Assembly (NCBI RefSeq): GCF_006345805.1
Contig: NC_043002.1
Coordinates: forward strand, 15,996,001-16,060,000
Direction: 5' to 3'
Source: Octopus sinensis
Lineage: Eukaryota
Length of the DNA: 64,000 bases
Both the position numbers and the translations under genes were made by a program. A model generated the notes under the pieces. It saw only the letters and a program-made list of their open reading frames with translations, was not told the origin of the DNA and did not search any database. Shown piece by piece: positions 39,782 to 54,245 of this stretch. Positions within the stretch are counted from its first letter, which is position 1. Every line of letters begins with the position of its first letter.

Positions 39782-40709
39782 ATATTTAAGTATTTTAGTC
39801 GAATTAATCCACTAGAATCATTCCATCAAATCTAATGACATTTTGCCTAAATTATAAAAATATTACTATAATAATAAGAACTGGCAGAATTGATTGAGAA
39901 TCTGAGACAATATTTTACTGGTGCTGATTAAAATGTTTAGGTCGGATTTTGAATTCCAACGTGGTCAACGCTTCTGTTCATAAATGCACCATTTAAATTA
40001 GACAGAAACGCAATAATCTTTCACAAAGTTATGTTATGCTTCAGAAATTTACTTGCAGTGGCAATAATTTGTACCGCCCTAGATCGTTTACTGTCGAAAA
40101 CTACAAAACAAGGAAAAAACTAATTTTATAATAAATACATTCCAAATCCTCCAACACATTACAGTTTATTAATATCCTCATTATACATATGAGGCCGTTT
40201 ATTAGCTGGCCAAGGCCCGATATTTGGAGTAAGGCGTCAGTTAAATTGACTGATATTTTATTTTCTGTTCAAGGTGGACACATAGATATTTTCGATATTT
40301 GAGGCCAGGATGTCTAGAAATCTCACAAATATTTTTTGTTTGGCTGCCTGGATATCACGGTTAGCTTCAAACCTGAAGATATTGTAAAATGTCAATCACC
40401 TTACCGTGTATAAGATTCTCCTTTTGTTTATCGTTCTCTAGAATCGAAGAAAGGCAGAAGCTCGCAAACGGTTCCGGCGTCCCTCTCGAATGATGTCTTT
40501 TCATTTGCGCAAAATTGTATTTTTAATTCACAGAATTAATTTTCCCTTGAAATTCTAAGGTAATGCAATTTAGCTATAAGCTATGACAGATATGAACCCT
40601 AAAAGGAGAGAACACAAAAAAAAACAAAAGCATCCATCTTATGAAGGAGAAAGGAGAGGATGGTAGGATGGGAAGGTAAGGATCAGGATGAGGAGGGGAA
40701 ACATCCAGT

Positions 40710-40775
40710 TACTTACATTAGTTATATTATTTACATTTGACGGATATTTGTCCTCATCTTCTTTGCTGTAGCTAA
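40710..40775 (-). mobile_element. pLTR tail remnant of the same family as 62225-62370
   Basis: Reverse complement aagatgaggacaaatatccgtcaaatgtaaataat matches 62328-62365. Confidence 0.65.
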
Positions 40776-41621
40776 TTACTTGTTCCGCAATTTAAAGAGT
40801 TTTAATCGTCTAACGTGGTTCTATAAAACACTAATCTTTTACAAATACGCGATGACGTCGACGCCGACAAGAAGAGCAACACCAAGAAAATATTAAAGAG
40901 AACACAACTACCATTACCAATAACAGCAGCGTTACTAAATGCAATAAGATAAATGAAATTTTATGTATTTTCTACGAAGTATTCCCAGGCTTCTGACATT
41001 CTTCTCAAATAAGAAAATCAAACGCATTGAAACGGAAAACTGGAAGTCGGGTACTTCAAACAGAGATGGAATGCTCCGCCACAATCTGCATCCCCGCTAT
41101 ATTAACCATTTTCACAGGTTCGACGTGTAGCATTATCACTAACATTCAAAGCACCACCACTTCAACTACCATTAACAAAGAATAAGTTAAGAGAGCGCTT
41201 TTGTGTTACAACCTGTTGAAGTGATAAATAGTATTAGCAGACGCATTCTTAGTACTTCTGTTAACAATATTTAAAAACACGAAAGCTAGTCACGTTGCAA
41301 AAATCTATGGTATGGAGAAAATGAAAAACCTTAAGAAGCATATTGGTCCATTAGAGGAAGCATTTGGGAACAAAAGATGTGAAGTTTGCTTCTGAAAATG
41401 TGATACAAAATTTATTTATTGCACATATGAAGGTTGATGTGTTTATGCTAATTTCTTCATTCCGAGAGAAATGGCTAGCGGGAAAATAAGATATATTTGG
41501 CCAAAGCTATAAACATTATTTTCGCTAGTTTCCATTATAAGGATGAATAAGAGAAGAGGACCGTCTAGTATATTACAAAATGGACGAGAAGAGTAGACGT
41601 TCAGGCGTTACTATAAAATTC

Positions 41622-41859
41622 AAGGCGGCGAGCTGACAGCATCGTTAGCACGTCGGGCGAAATGCTTAGTCGTATTTTGGCTGCCGTTACGTTGTGGGTT
41701 CAAATTCCGCCGAGGTCGACTTTGCCTTTCATCCGTTCGGGGTCGATAAATTAAGTACCAGTTATGCACTGGGGTCGATATAATCGACTTAATACCTATG
41801 TCTGTCCATGTTTGTCCCCTCTATGTTTAGCCCCTTGTGGGTAATAAAGAAATAGGTAT
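41622..41859 (+). mobile_element. SINE family A (tail type i), full length
   Basis: aaggcggcgagctg...gggttcaaattccgccgaggtcgactttgcc...gtttagccccttgtgggtaataaagaaata. Confidence 0.92.
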
Positions 41860-42449
41860 AAAATTCGTAATGTGTTCATCGAAAAAGTATTTATGCGCTC
41901 CTTACATACAAATGTAATGCATGCCATGGTAGTCGTAGTTAGTAGCAATACTATGACACTGCCGCATTCACTTGGCTTCTCGATTGCCAAAGCCGGCCCA
42001 TGGCCAAAACCAGTACGATCAGGATAACGTTTGAATGTATTCCAACAACACAATACATCAATATAACAAATACAACAAAAACAAATACAACTTGATAGAA
42101 AATGCGAGACACAGCTACCATTACACAAATGAAAGATAGAGAAAAACAAGAATATCTACCACAAGATCAACAGCAACAACAACGACGAGAAAGGTCACCA
42201 CATTATCTCTTCATAATATTTATTGTTGATTGGGAGATCAGCAGAGAATTGATTGAAGAATATATTCACACAAATATGGCACGACAATGGAGTAAAAAAA
42301 GTCTGATTTACGAACTTATGAACACTTAATAGAGACTTGGCTGGGTTTTTTATATTTGTCGAACAAATATGTGCTAGGAATTCAATTGAAAATTCCTATG
42401 CATTCAGTTTTCTCCAAAGCCAGACTGCTATGCCTCACTGGTTTAGTAT

Positions 42450-42550
42450 CCCGGTATAAGACATTGATATAATTATGTGGATCAGCGGCTGTCGCGTATG
42501 GGACGGATCGGGCAATGAACCGAGTCTACCGTGATGATAGCCTTGCGCCA
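42450..42550 (+). mobile_element. Possible Penelope-like RT remnant
   Basis: gtctaccgtgatgatagccttgcg reads VYRDDSLA (PLE motif LYRDDGLA), preceded by a DIIM-like segment; frames are broken. Confidence 0.35.
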
Positions 42551-42894
42551 CCTTTAACTGAGAAAGGAATTTTTCTTCACTTAATTGGCATGAGTGAAAA
42601 AGCTAGCGTGGTGGAACGGAATATAATGTATAAAGAGAGAAACTTTGCTCTCTGATGGCGCTCTCGAACACCTCTTCAATTTTAACGTGAAAAGTTTGGC
42701 GGACAAAGAATTTTGCCCTCGAGTGATCTTTTTGAAACGTGTGGGAAAGTTACGAAAATAACAAAAACTGTGAAGACCGCTTGCATTTAAAAGCCTGTAA
42801 GTTGGAAAACTACAACTGGAGAGTGTATTTGCCTATGGTCTCTAGCGTAATATGGTATAGAGATTTTTCTACAATTGGTCTTTCTATACGAATG

Positions 42895-43320
42895 CGATTG
42901 CATCATTCTCCTCATCATCATTCTTTTCATCCTCACTGTCGTCATCAGAATGATCATCATCATAATCATCATAATCATCATCATCATTCATCATCATCAT
43001 AATCATAATCATCATCATCATCATCATCATCATCACATCATCATCATCATCATCATCATATCATCATCATCATCGTTGTCATCATCATCATTCTCTTCAT
43101 TGTCATCGTCGTTGTCGTAATCATCATCTTCTTGTCCATCATCGTCATCCTCGTCATCATTATCATCATCACCATCGCCATCATCATATCCATCGTTATC
43201 ATCATCTCCATGATAATCGTTATTATTTTCATCCTTGTCATCGTCGTCGTTCCCATTATCATCATCATCATCACCACCATCATCGTCGTCGTCTCTATCA
43301 TCATCACCGTTATCGACGTC
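42895..43320. repeat. Imperfect (CAT)n/(CGT)n microsatellite
   Basis: Direct reading. Confidence 0.92.
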
Positions 43321-44719
43321 GTAGTTGCTGCAATTACTATTTTAGGTCCAGCTCTTTATATTTCAATGTCATTTCGGCCTAAGGTCGACATTTATGTCCA
43401 TTCATCCGGATACGATAAATATAAATACCAGCCAAGTAATCAAATGCACTATCTGCTTCAACGTAATGGCGTAAAGCCAATACTACAAATCATCATATTT
43501 TCTTTTATCAGACATATATTCATTGTGAGATTTTACTTTACGAAGCAAGAACACTTCGTTTGCTTTGTACTAAATTTTGTCTTTATTTTTCTGATTTACT
43601 TTTATATCATGATGTTTGATACTATTAGTGTCAATAGATTTTGTATGACTATAAAACTTGCCGTTTAGTTATATATTTGTCATATATATTTTTATGTATT
43701 CCAAGATGCCTATTATTAAGGAAATTATTTCCGTTTTCAACCTCTACATTTATGATTGGATAATTTCAGCAACTCTTTCAGAAATGTATTGTCGTTTAAA
43801 TAACTTTTCTGTTTTAATTAGTTTAGGAAACATGACTACTCCTAAATAGCCGAGGCTGCTGTAAAATGTGCGCAAAACGCCGTAATATTCTTATCTATAT
43901 TATATCTGCATATTCCAGATTATGACCAATATGAATTACGCAAGGACTGCCTTGTATCTCAGCTTCTCTTAAATTCTGTAGGACTAAAAGTGTTATGCTT
44001 ATCTTGCCGTATAGTGAATATCAAACTCTTTCCTTACTCATTATATATACTCATTTAAAATATTTCTAAATGTGAGGCCTTACTTAATAACATACATATT
44101 ATTGCGGCTGTTGTTCCTGGATTATGGTGTTAACTGGGCTTAGAACTAGTTTGGGATATTTCCTTCCATAGCTCGTCACTTTGGCTTGTATTTGGGTCAT
44201 GTGCAAATTATGCTTTAATACTTGACAGCAATTATGTTCTAATCGATTATTGTATTTTTGTGGCTGTGTAATTCAGTCAGTGGAAATTCGCTCCTCACTT
44301 TCTCTAGTGAATTACTATATGATATGTGGAATGAATACCAGTGGAGTATTCAAATATGCAATGAAGAAACAGTTCTGTGTTCAATAACACAAATGTCGAA
44401 TATTGTCAAGACTTCCACAAAATGCGTTGGAGTGCTGTATTGCAAAACATATCTGCCATATAGGACCTGCAAGTTCGGAAAGGATTTTTGATCCCCCAAC
44501 TCAGACACAGCGTATGTTTTCTTTGTGGATATTCGATGCACGTATGACAGACCGTGGGAAGATAGAGTCGGATAATTTGTGATTTCATGACATATAAGAC
44601 TTTAATTACACGGATCTTTATTTACCATACATATTTCTCCGTCGCTCTGTTTCCGGTCTTGAAAATGCAATTGACGTAATTTCAGACTATGCGAAATGTC
44701 ATGTTTTAAGTACCGTGAT

Positions 44720-44722
44720 AGT

Positions 44723-44761
<39 letters not shown>

Positions 44762-44795
44762 GTCGTCGCTGTCGTCGTCATCATCCTCCTCCTGC

Positions 44796-44838
<43 letters not shown>

Positions 44839-44950
44839 GATCATCATCATATCATCATCATTATCATCATCATCATCATCATAATCATCATCGTCGTCAT
44901 CATGATCATCGTCATTATGATCATCATCATCATCATCGTCGTCGTCGTCG

Positions 44951-45032
<82 letters not shown>

Positions 45033-45043
45033 ATCATTATTAC

Positions 45044-45097
<54 letters not shown>
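44720..45097. repeat. (CAT)n then (ATT)n microsatellite
   Basis: Direct reading. Confidence 0.95.
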
Positions 45098-46020
45098 CAG
45101 AGAGTTCAGTATTGGTTGGTCTTGTAGATTCTGTGAGAGCCGACAATAGCCTGCGGTCACAAGTCACCCAGGGTCTCTTTTTGCACATTATAAGCTTTGT
45201 TACTTCGTGGCTAATTACCGTGGAAAGTGTCAGCTGTCAACAGCCAGCAGACTAAAGTGATACTTCTTTACTGGTCATATTTCAAGAACCCTGCGAGGAA
45301 TTCTTGGAGTCCCAAGCAATGCAGATTTTTGTAGATGTTCTACCTTCACAGTTGCACCGATCTTTTTCAGCGATGTTTTCTTTCTTCTTGTTTCATATCG
45401 TCGATGTGAATAATTATATATATATATATATATTATTCACTACAATGCCCGTTTTCTATGGCTGTTCCGGTGATCGCAATGGATCATTACATCCGAGAGA
45501 ATTTTGCAGTTGTCATTGTCGGTGACACCTTCTGTAGTTTGCTCATACCTCGTCTTTGCTCTTTCTAGACCCTGATTTCCACAGAGCTCCCAATGGATCA
45601 TCCTTGCCACATTGTCATAGCGTTGTTTTTAATCGCTTTGTGCCTATTTCGGGCATTCGCAATCGATGTGACTTACCGTTTGTCCCCTCTCATCATACAT
45701 TCTGTATTTATCGCTATCGGTAGAGTTGTCAATTCTGCAACTCATATAATTGGTCCTTCACGCTTGTTCCTGAGCTGCGCATATCAGCGCTTCTGTCTCT
45801 GTCTTCATGTCATTCTTCCTCATCCACAGCCACCGGTCCTCTGTCTCTGTCTTGGCGTTCACATCTCTTGGAAACTGACAGTACATTTTCTTTTCCTTCC
45901 TTGCTTTTGCTTTTTTTTTGTGTTGCTTCATTTCTTGTTTAAATTTTTATTTATACAATTTTCAGTTTTGATGACGCCGACCATCTTCATGTGTTCCAAC
46001 AGTGACTCCACGGCTGTTTT
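45098..46020 (-). mobile_element. R4/Dong-like non-LTR retrotransposon, 5'-truncated and decayed, inside (AAT)n
   Basis: Minus translation WLWMRKNDMKTETEALICAAQEQA*RTNY...RYDNVARMIHWELC...LQKSALLGTPRIPRRVLEI*: zinc-knuckle and restriction-like endonuclease (REL) region; (AAT)n on both sides. Confidence 0.85.
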
Positions 46021-46039
46021 GTATATATTATTATTATTA

Positions 46040-46103
<64 letters not shown>

Positions 46104-46302
46104 TGATGTTGTTTAGGCAGCGACCTGGTTGAATCGTTTGCACGCTGGACGAAATAGGTACCAGTTACGCACTGAGGTCGGCGTAATCGACTAACTCCAT
46201 GCCTAATAATTATAAGACTTGTGCTTATAGTAGAAATTATTCTTATTAATATTATCAATATTATCATTAATCCTATTTTTGTCAGTATTATCATAATTAA
46301 TA

Positions 46303-46515
46303 AAGCGGCGAGCAGGCAGAATTGTTGCACACTGGGCGAAATGCTTAGCCGCATTTCGCACGTCGCTACGTTTTCTGTTCAAGTTCCTATTAGATTGACA
46401 TTGCTTCTCACCCTTTGGGGATTGATAAAATAAGTACCAGTGAAACGTTGTGTCCCATGTAACCCATTAGTTCCCTCATCCAAAACTGCAGGCTTTGTGA
46501 TTTAGTAGAAATGAT
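46303..46515 (+). mobile_element. SINE family A (tail type ii), degenerate; a second deleted copy lies at ~46130-46235
   Basis: aagcggcgagcaggcaga...gggcgaaatgcttagc...taagtaccag...tagtagaaatgatcatt. Confidence 0.75.
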
Positions 46516-46522
46516 CATTATC

Positions 46523-46896
46523 ATTACCTCCGCCTTAGCAAAGGCGGATGTACTGTTTTTCAGTCTTGTTTGTTTGTTAGTTTGTTTGTCTGCGGAATAG
46601 ATATCTCGAAAATAGCCGGATCGATTCAAAAGAAAACTTTCAGGGATGTTTGACCTCGTGACTGGCACGAACATACTAGATTTTAGGATCGATCCAATAC
46701 TGGACAAACATTCTGGACAAATTTTCCTGTTATTTTACTTGGTTTTTGAGAGCGGTCGGGTTAATTTTTAGTATTTTCGTTTGTGAGAGCAGTCGAGTTT
46801 ATTTCAGATATTCTCATCTTAAAAATCATCTCTGGCTAATCGTTGAGAGGACGTTGTGTTGCCTGTGCGGAGGTTTGCGTTTTCTGAGTGATCTTG
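46523..46896 (+). mobile_element. Helentron-associated / DINE-1-like non-autonomous element
   Basis: 5' attacctccgcc-ttagcaa-aggcgga hairpin, (GTTT)n microsatellite, 3' subterminal gcggaggt complementary to the 5' acctccgc, then tttgcgttttctgagtg. Confidence 0.72.
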
Positions 46897-46933
46897 ATAT
46901 TAATATCATTTGATTATTGTCACGACCGATGCA

Positions 46934-46934
<1 letters not shown>

Positions 46935-46979
<45 letters not shown>

Positions 46980-47368
46980 ATAATAATAATAATAAAAATA
47001 ATAACAACAACAACAACAACATTAATAATTATATTAATAATAATATTAATAATAATATTAATAATAATATTAATAATAATATTAATAATATTATTAATAT
47101 TAATATTAATATTAATAATAATATTAATAATATTATTAATATTAATATTAATATAATATATTAATAATAATATTATAATAATATTAATAATAATATTATA
47201 ATAATATTAATATAATAATAATAATATTAATATTAATAATAATATTAATATTAATAATAATATAATATTAATAATAATATTAATATTAATATATATTAAT
47301 ATTAATAATAATATTAATATTAATATGAATAATAATATTAATATTAATAATAATATTAATAATAATAC
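46935..47368. repeat. (ACT)n, (AAT)n, (AAC)n followed by an ATTAAT/AATAAT-based minisatellite
   Basis: Direct reading; 47021-47368 is almost purely A/T. Confidence 0.92.
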
Positions 47369-48049
47369 TACAAGTGCTGCTTTTTAAACTCATATTGATA
47401 TTGTGAAAGGTAGTGTTCGTGCCATCGTTACTTTCTGAAATCCTTTCGTTTAGATGTTGGCCCGAAATTTTGTTTCTCTTTCTTCCATTTTACAACGGAA
47501 GTATTTCTGTTTATCAGCAGAAAAGTTATGTTGCTGAATTTTTTTCCCATACTACAGGAAAATGGAAAAGGGTTGAAGTGTGTGGTTTTCGAAAGAAGAT
47601 ACTCCATCTCATTCCCAGAGATATAAATGCAGATGATACATTTTAATTGAAGTGTCCGTTTAAAAATATTGTACTTTGATAGTGAATCTAGATAAAATTA
47701 TGTGTATAAGTGTATTTATATATTAATGTGCGTATGTATGCGCACATATTAACGCACATATATAAGGAAAGTGAGAGAGAGGGGGGTGAATAACACGTAT
47801 CAAAAATATATACGCAGATATACACAAACAAACACACGTACATGAATACACGCAGATATTCATACATACTTACTTGGCTATCTCGATATGGAGGTAGCTA
47901 GCTGGCTAGATTAATATATTGATATATATAGACCAATAAATAGATATGATTGTATGTATATGCACATATAAATATATGTTTATGCTCATGCATATCTGTC
48001 TATCTATCTATCCATCTAGCCATCTCTCTTTCTCTCTCTATATATATAT

Positions 48050-48085
48050 AGAAACACACACACACACACACTTATATATATATAT

Positions 48086-48136
<51 letters not shown>

Positions 48137-48221
48137 GTATATATACAAATACATATAAATATACATATATATATATACATATATATATGTATACATATAT
48201 ACGCACATATGTATATATTAT

Positions 48222-48309
<88 letters not shown>

Positions 48310-48330
48310 TATACATATGTGTGTGTGTTT
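48050..48330. repeat. (TA)n-rich compound microsatellite
   Basis: Direct reading. Confidence 0.92.
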
Positions 48331-48797
48331 GTGTACATACGTAGCATGCAAAGACGTATGGATATGTGACCTACATACATCTGTATGTACGTATGTATCA
48401 AATATTCTTTTTGTTGTATTGGTTCTCTTCTTTAAGCAATATTAATAATAAATTACTATTGGGCGATATTTGCAATTTATAATTCATCACAAGAAATTTA
48501 GATTTTGACAGGTTCTGAGTTAATTTCATTCTAAGCAATATTCTTCTCCGAAGAATGTGATATAACATGGATGAATATTTCATTCGTAGTCCTATCATTA
48601 ATGTTTTCATATCCTGATGAATTCACACAGGCATGTCTCAGGTTGCTGTGAATATGCTATTGTATGTGATTGACGTTTTACCAGCGCATTGTTTGCTATC
48701 GTTTTCATTAGAGTTTCCGATATTGACTATAGATATGTCTTATTGCATGTACCTGGGTGTATATGTTTCTGTATAGATATATAGACATTGTATATAT

Positions 48798-48847
<50 letters not shown>

Positions 48848-48865
48848 GTGTGTGTGTGTGTGTGT

Positions 48866-48907
<42 letters not shown>

Positions 48908-51589
48908 TGTGTGTGTCTGTGTCTGTGTCTGTGTGTTTGTGTGTCTTTTAAAATCAATATATTCAAAAGTGTCCTTGGATTTTAAATGTTCGTAATTTTC
49001 GTTGTTAACTCTGTTTTGTAAGTTTCGACTGCGTCTCACATATATCTTCCCATATAAGAAACACAAATTTTCTCCAGTGAAATGCTGCAAGTTTACGCTT
49101 CTTCCAAAGACAAGAAGCACGCTGTAGTATCACTTTTCATATACACCCATTTTGATGAACATACGCATTAACACCAGTTTGAGTAATTTACTTGGGCATT
49201 CAATTTCCTTAAAACTAAAAGTTCACTGAATTATTAATTACTTCTGCCCCAGAAATTTTCTCACTGACCGCATTTTTCTTAAAATTTGAACTAACATTTT
49301 CTAAGATTATTCAATGTATTTTATGCATATGACCCCTTTCTTGTAATAATGAAGGAAATGTGAAATAGTAATATATTTTCTTCCTCTCCTTCGGTCATAT
49401 CCTGTGCAATTCTCATGTTTAGCTTCATTCTTTGGGCGTACTTCTTGATATTTTCTTCAACATGAAGGTCCAATAAATTTATCCACTGGAATAATTCTCT
49501 CTTCTGTCAATCTCTTTGTCTTGTCTTCTTCAGCATTAAATGTGAGTGTATTCCACATAAATCTTTGCGTGTGTATTCAGTTATAGGTATTTTTAAGGTG
49601 AATTCAAGGTGTACTCCTTCCTTCCAGGTTTCTGTATGCATGAATCAATTTGCCGATTGAATAGTGGGAGACTATACGGCGTGTGACGTCGCACATACGA
49701 CTACGCTTTACTTGTAACTGCATTTGTATTTATATCGCATGTATTAGTTTCACATTGTACCGTGTCATAAAAATAGATTTGCCAAAATAACAACTGAACT
49801 AAAGCAAAGAAATGACGTCTTATTCACCGGTAGTTACGGCTGTCATATGCATGACTGAGAATATCAGGATTTTATATGCAATAATATATCGGATATTTTC
49901 TGACCGGCGTTAGTAAACACTCCAGAATTTCGTATCTATTTATGATACTTCTCAAAATTAAAACACAAAAACATCACTTTTTGGAATTAGAGTTAATAGA
50001 GTAAATTATACATTCGTTCCCTTAAGGGAATGTGAATTTATTTGAAATCGTCACCTGTGTAGCCTAATAAATTAATTTTCAGTGTTGAAAGGGATGATGT
50101 TCTATGTTTTATAGAGATGTGTCACATATTTATAGCTGCAAGGTGAACATCGTTGTATCAGTGACATATGAAAATTTGAGATTTGTCTTGCTCTTTTGAT
50201 CTATTAGTTGCTGGTGAAAATTGTCCCAATCTGCCATTTGCTTAGCCGAAATCTTTGCTTCTATGATTCTGTATATAGGAAGAAATAAGTAAGGCATTCA
50301 CTTTTACTGCGGAAAACTCGCATGACCATCTCCAAGTAGGACGAATCTCATCAGTCGTTCTCGTCCATTACTGCTGCGAATTGCTTCGCCTCGATCCGCT
50401 CTGCATTGCGCTTATAACTCAACATGTCAACGAAAAGTTGCTCCACCCAAGAGAAACCTGATTTACATATCTTTCCAACGTATGCATAGGCTAAGGACGG
50501 TTCACAGTTAGCAATTTTAATGTGATGCCATTGCAATTGCATTCACCGAGGAAGTATATTTATTGCGATTTATATGGTACCTACCTCTGTAACAGCTACT
50601 TTGGGGTTTCTATATTATTTTAAATTTTCAGTATAAGTACAACAACAGGCTCCCCATGTTCGAACAACATTCTTCAGGAAGCTAATGCGTTATTTTGATG
50701 CGGCTGCTTGTTTGCGAAACTCTGTGATCATACTTAATCCTGCTTCTGTAGGAATTGACTATATAGTTTTATACAAATACAGGTTTTAGGAAATTTGACA
50801 AAATATTCTAAAAATTCATTTCAGCGATGGGAAATGTACCTACCGTGGATATTATTTCAAAGTTTCTGTATTAAAATCAGATCTTTAGATTTCAACAGAA
50901 TCACAATTGCATCATTTATTTGACAAGTCTCTGCAATTCCATTTTTTTTATTTTTTAATGTTTACTAATATTATTCAATTTGATGTCGGTATTCTATCAT
51001 TTTACTCATATTTTCTCTTGTTTTAAACATGTTATCATCTTCGGAAGCTTCCATTGTCCACCTGCTTTGTGTCTTGTACCACTATCAATTACACTCATGT
51101 ATCTCTATATTTCTGTATCTATTCTAATGTCACTTAGATTATATTTCACGCTTATTTTTTTTACAACACGGATGTTGCATAATTCGTTCGTGTCAAAATG
51201 CTTTTCTTTTTCGCACTGAGTGTTAGCCATTCAAATTCAGTAAACGTAATTTGTTTTATAGGGTGTAATTCGCAAATAATACATTTATATATAATATTCT
51301 TCACCTTCGTTATCTTACTACATTTCTGTTTTGTTTCATATCAATTAGATGTCATTTTCAATAAAAATCCGGACATTTGGTGTTTTTATACACGGAATTT
51401 AAATTAATCGCATTAAATTATACAAAGATTGGCACGTACTGCCAGTTCAACCTAAATTGTTTTTTTGCTCTTCTTCGTAATCTTTTCGTTATGCACGTGA
51501 TTTGAAATTGATTTATATAGTTGGCCAGGAGTTTACGATTTTTCCATTCTTCTTAACACAGAGAGACACACAGTAATACACAAATACGC

Positions 51590-51612
51590 GCGCGCACACA
51601 CATATACGTATG

Positions 51613-51661
<49 letters not shown>

Positions 51662-51697
51662 CTCTCTCTCTCTCTATATATATATATAATATATATA

Positions 51698-51746
<49 letters not shown>

Positions 51747-51759
51747 ATATGTATGTATA

Positions 51760-51809
<50 letters not shown>

Positions 51810-51864
51810 TATATATATATATGCGTATATATTTCTACGTAGCTCTCTCACTCTCTAACTCAGA

Positions 51865-51895
<31 letters not shown>

Positions 51896-52371
51896 AGATA
51901 GAGAGAAAGAAAGAAGGATAGAAAAATTGATAGATAGATGATAGGTAGATAGATTGGTGCATGAGTGGTGTACAACTTAAAATATAAAATATAAGCTTTC
52001 AAAATGAGAAAACAAATAAAAAGAAATATTTAGAGTGGTATTCATGTTTACAGGAATTACTCTAGAATCTTCAATAGAGTGTAGAATGTTCTATTGTTAC
52101 GAGGAGAAATATTTACACAGCACCATCTAATATATGTTACCTATTTTGTTTACAGCATTTCCTCATCATTTTTACATTTTTATTCTCTTAAATATTGATT
52201 TTTAATATGAAACTTCTTTTTGACTATTATTGATGGAATTTCAGACAAACGGTAGAATGGCAAATTATGCAACTTCTAATACGCACATATGCGCACACAG
52301 ATACTCACAGGCGTTTGTATATGCCATAAAAACGTGCGTGTTTACATGCATATACACATATACATACATAC

Positions 52372-52430
<59 letters not shown>

Positions 52431-52685
52431 CTTTTATGTATATATACATATATATGTATATATGTATATATCCATATATATTTATATATGTATGTCTATA
52501 TATATATTTATATAGATGTATATATTTGTGTATATATGTAAGTATATATGTATAAATGTATATATATGTATATATATGTATGTATATATGTATATATATA
52601 TGTGTAAATATGTATATATATATATATATATACATATATATGTATATATATATATACACACATATATATGTGCGTGTGTGTGTAG
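51590..52685. repeat. Two long (TA)n/(TG)n/(TC)n compound microsatellite blocks with a spacer
   Basis: Direct reading; blocks at ~51590-51900 and ~52345-52685. Confidence 0.85.
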
Positions 52686-52869
52686 TGGGGATATTTTCTT
52701 TGCATCCGGTACTTCGTCAATGCTTCCGTTGTTGATTCAAATATTCACGTTTTAAAACATAACATTATCATTATTATTACAAATTTTATTGAAATACTAA
52801 TGCATCTAATACTATTTATAATAGTAATAATGATATTAACAATAATAATAAGAATTATTATTATTATTA

Positions 52870-52911
<42 letters not shown>

Positions 52912-54245
52912 CTAACGCTGGAGATGTACTATTATTAACAAGTAATTACGGTAATCTTCTCAGCAGTTCCAGACGGTATTGAACTTGAATCTCAGTAAAT
53001 TAAATGAAATTGACAGAAAATTACGCAAGTTACTGAATTTTCATTAAATGCACCACACAAATGCAGATGTGGAATGTCTTTACCTTCGTATGCGCAAGGA
53101 GGTCATCGCTTGATCCAGTTTGAACTCCCACAAAACCACCATAACTTGACTGGCCAAATATCCTAAAAAAATAAAAACTGTGTGCTCAAAATTCGTTGAA
53201 ATTCACGAACGGCTTATGGCGGTTTATTCTGTCATAAAGGAGAGCAAAAATTTGTTATTGATTTCATGCATGCGCCCCATGCTGATTTACCTTAGGGAGG
53301 TACAGCAAATCCTGTTACAATTATTTACAATGAAAATAGCGCATGGGCCGTTATCTAACAGGTACGTAGAGAAAACTCTACATGGCAAATATGGCACGTA
53401 ACAAGCAATCTTATATTGACCAGGACCACACCGATAAGTTGCTACGAAGCTCCGGGCTAAAAGGAACGTGCGAAGGTTTCATCTTCGCTGCTCAATATCA
53501 AAGCTTATTGATCCGGAAATTACAAAGCTTAAGTGATGAAAAGTGCCGATTTTGCAATGAATTATTCGAAACAGAGGACAAAGACATCTGCGGAATTAAA
53601 GTTTTAACACCTGTGGAGTATAAATGAAGACATGATAGAGTAGGTCAATATCCACACTGGTTAATGTGTCGGCATTGTAACATCAAAACTGCCGATGAAT
53701 TGCCTAATCCCTACATTGAAGGTGTGAGTGGGAGAGAAAATGTAACTAATCTTTCGAAGTTTCCAAGATATACATACCTGAATATTTAAGCTGTTTAGCA
53801 AGATATTGTTGTGAAAGACTAAAACAATAAAATGTTCTTTATTGACCGACATAAATAGTCCTTGCAATCATAATGTCTTGTCAAAAGAATTTGATAGCCT
53901 TAAAAAATATAACGATTTTCTCAAGGAGGTTACAACATAAATTATGTTACGAGGACTAGGAATGACCAAAAAAGGAAATGAAAATTATGTGAAAATGATC
54001 CCTGACTTACGATCCAGCAAGAAATGCAAATGGTTGTTTCAACTGACATGTCAAACATACAGAGAACAGCATTATTGATGTGAGAACGATTACTACTAAT
54101 GTAATTTAAATTTATTTTCATATAGCTACAATTCATTTTGAAAATGAACAATCCACTGTTTTTAGTTTAGTGGCCTATCAATTTATACGGTGAGTTAATT
54201 TGTCTTAGGAAAGAAATGGAAACAAAATTGAACGTTCAGGAAAAT
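52912..54245 (+). mobile_element. R4/Dong-like retrotransposon, decayed 3' third, same subfamily as 55896-56486
   Basis: Broken frames include EIDRKLRKL...ADVECLYL, LRSSGLKGTCEGFIFAAQYQSL...CRFCNE...EYK*RHDRVG, DIVVKD*NNK; 3' UTR homologous to 55896-56060. Confidence 0.85.

Noticed and set aside
44070-44700. Fragments resembling GPCR transmembrane segments or a hAT dimerisation motif (ASSERIF)
   Set aside because: Multiple stops in every frame and contradictory interpretations; needs a profile search.
48614-48655. ctgatga-attcaca...tgtgaat stem
   Set aside because: No GAAA follows stem II.
49000-50560. Decayed coding-like minus-strand stretches
   Set aside because: No identifiable motif and many stops; cannot be assigned.
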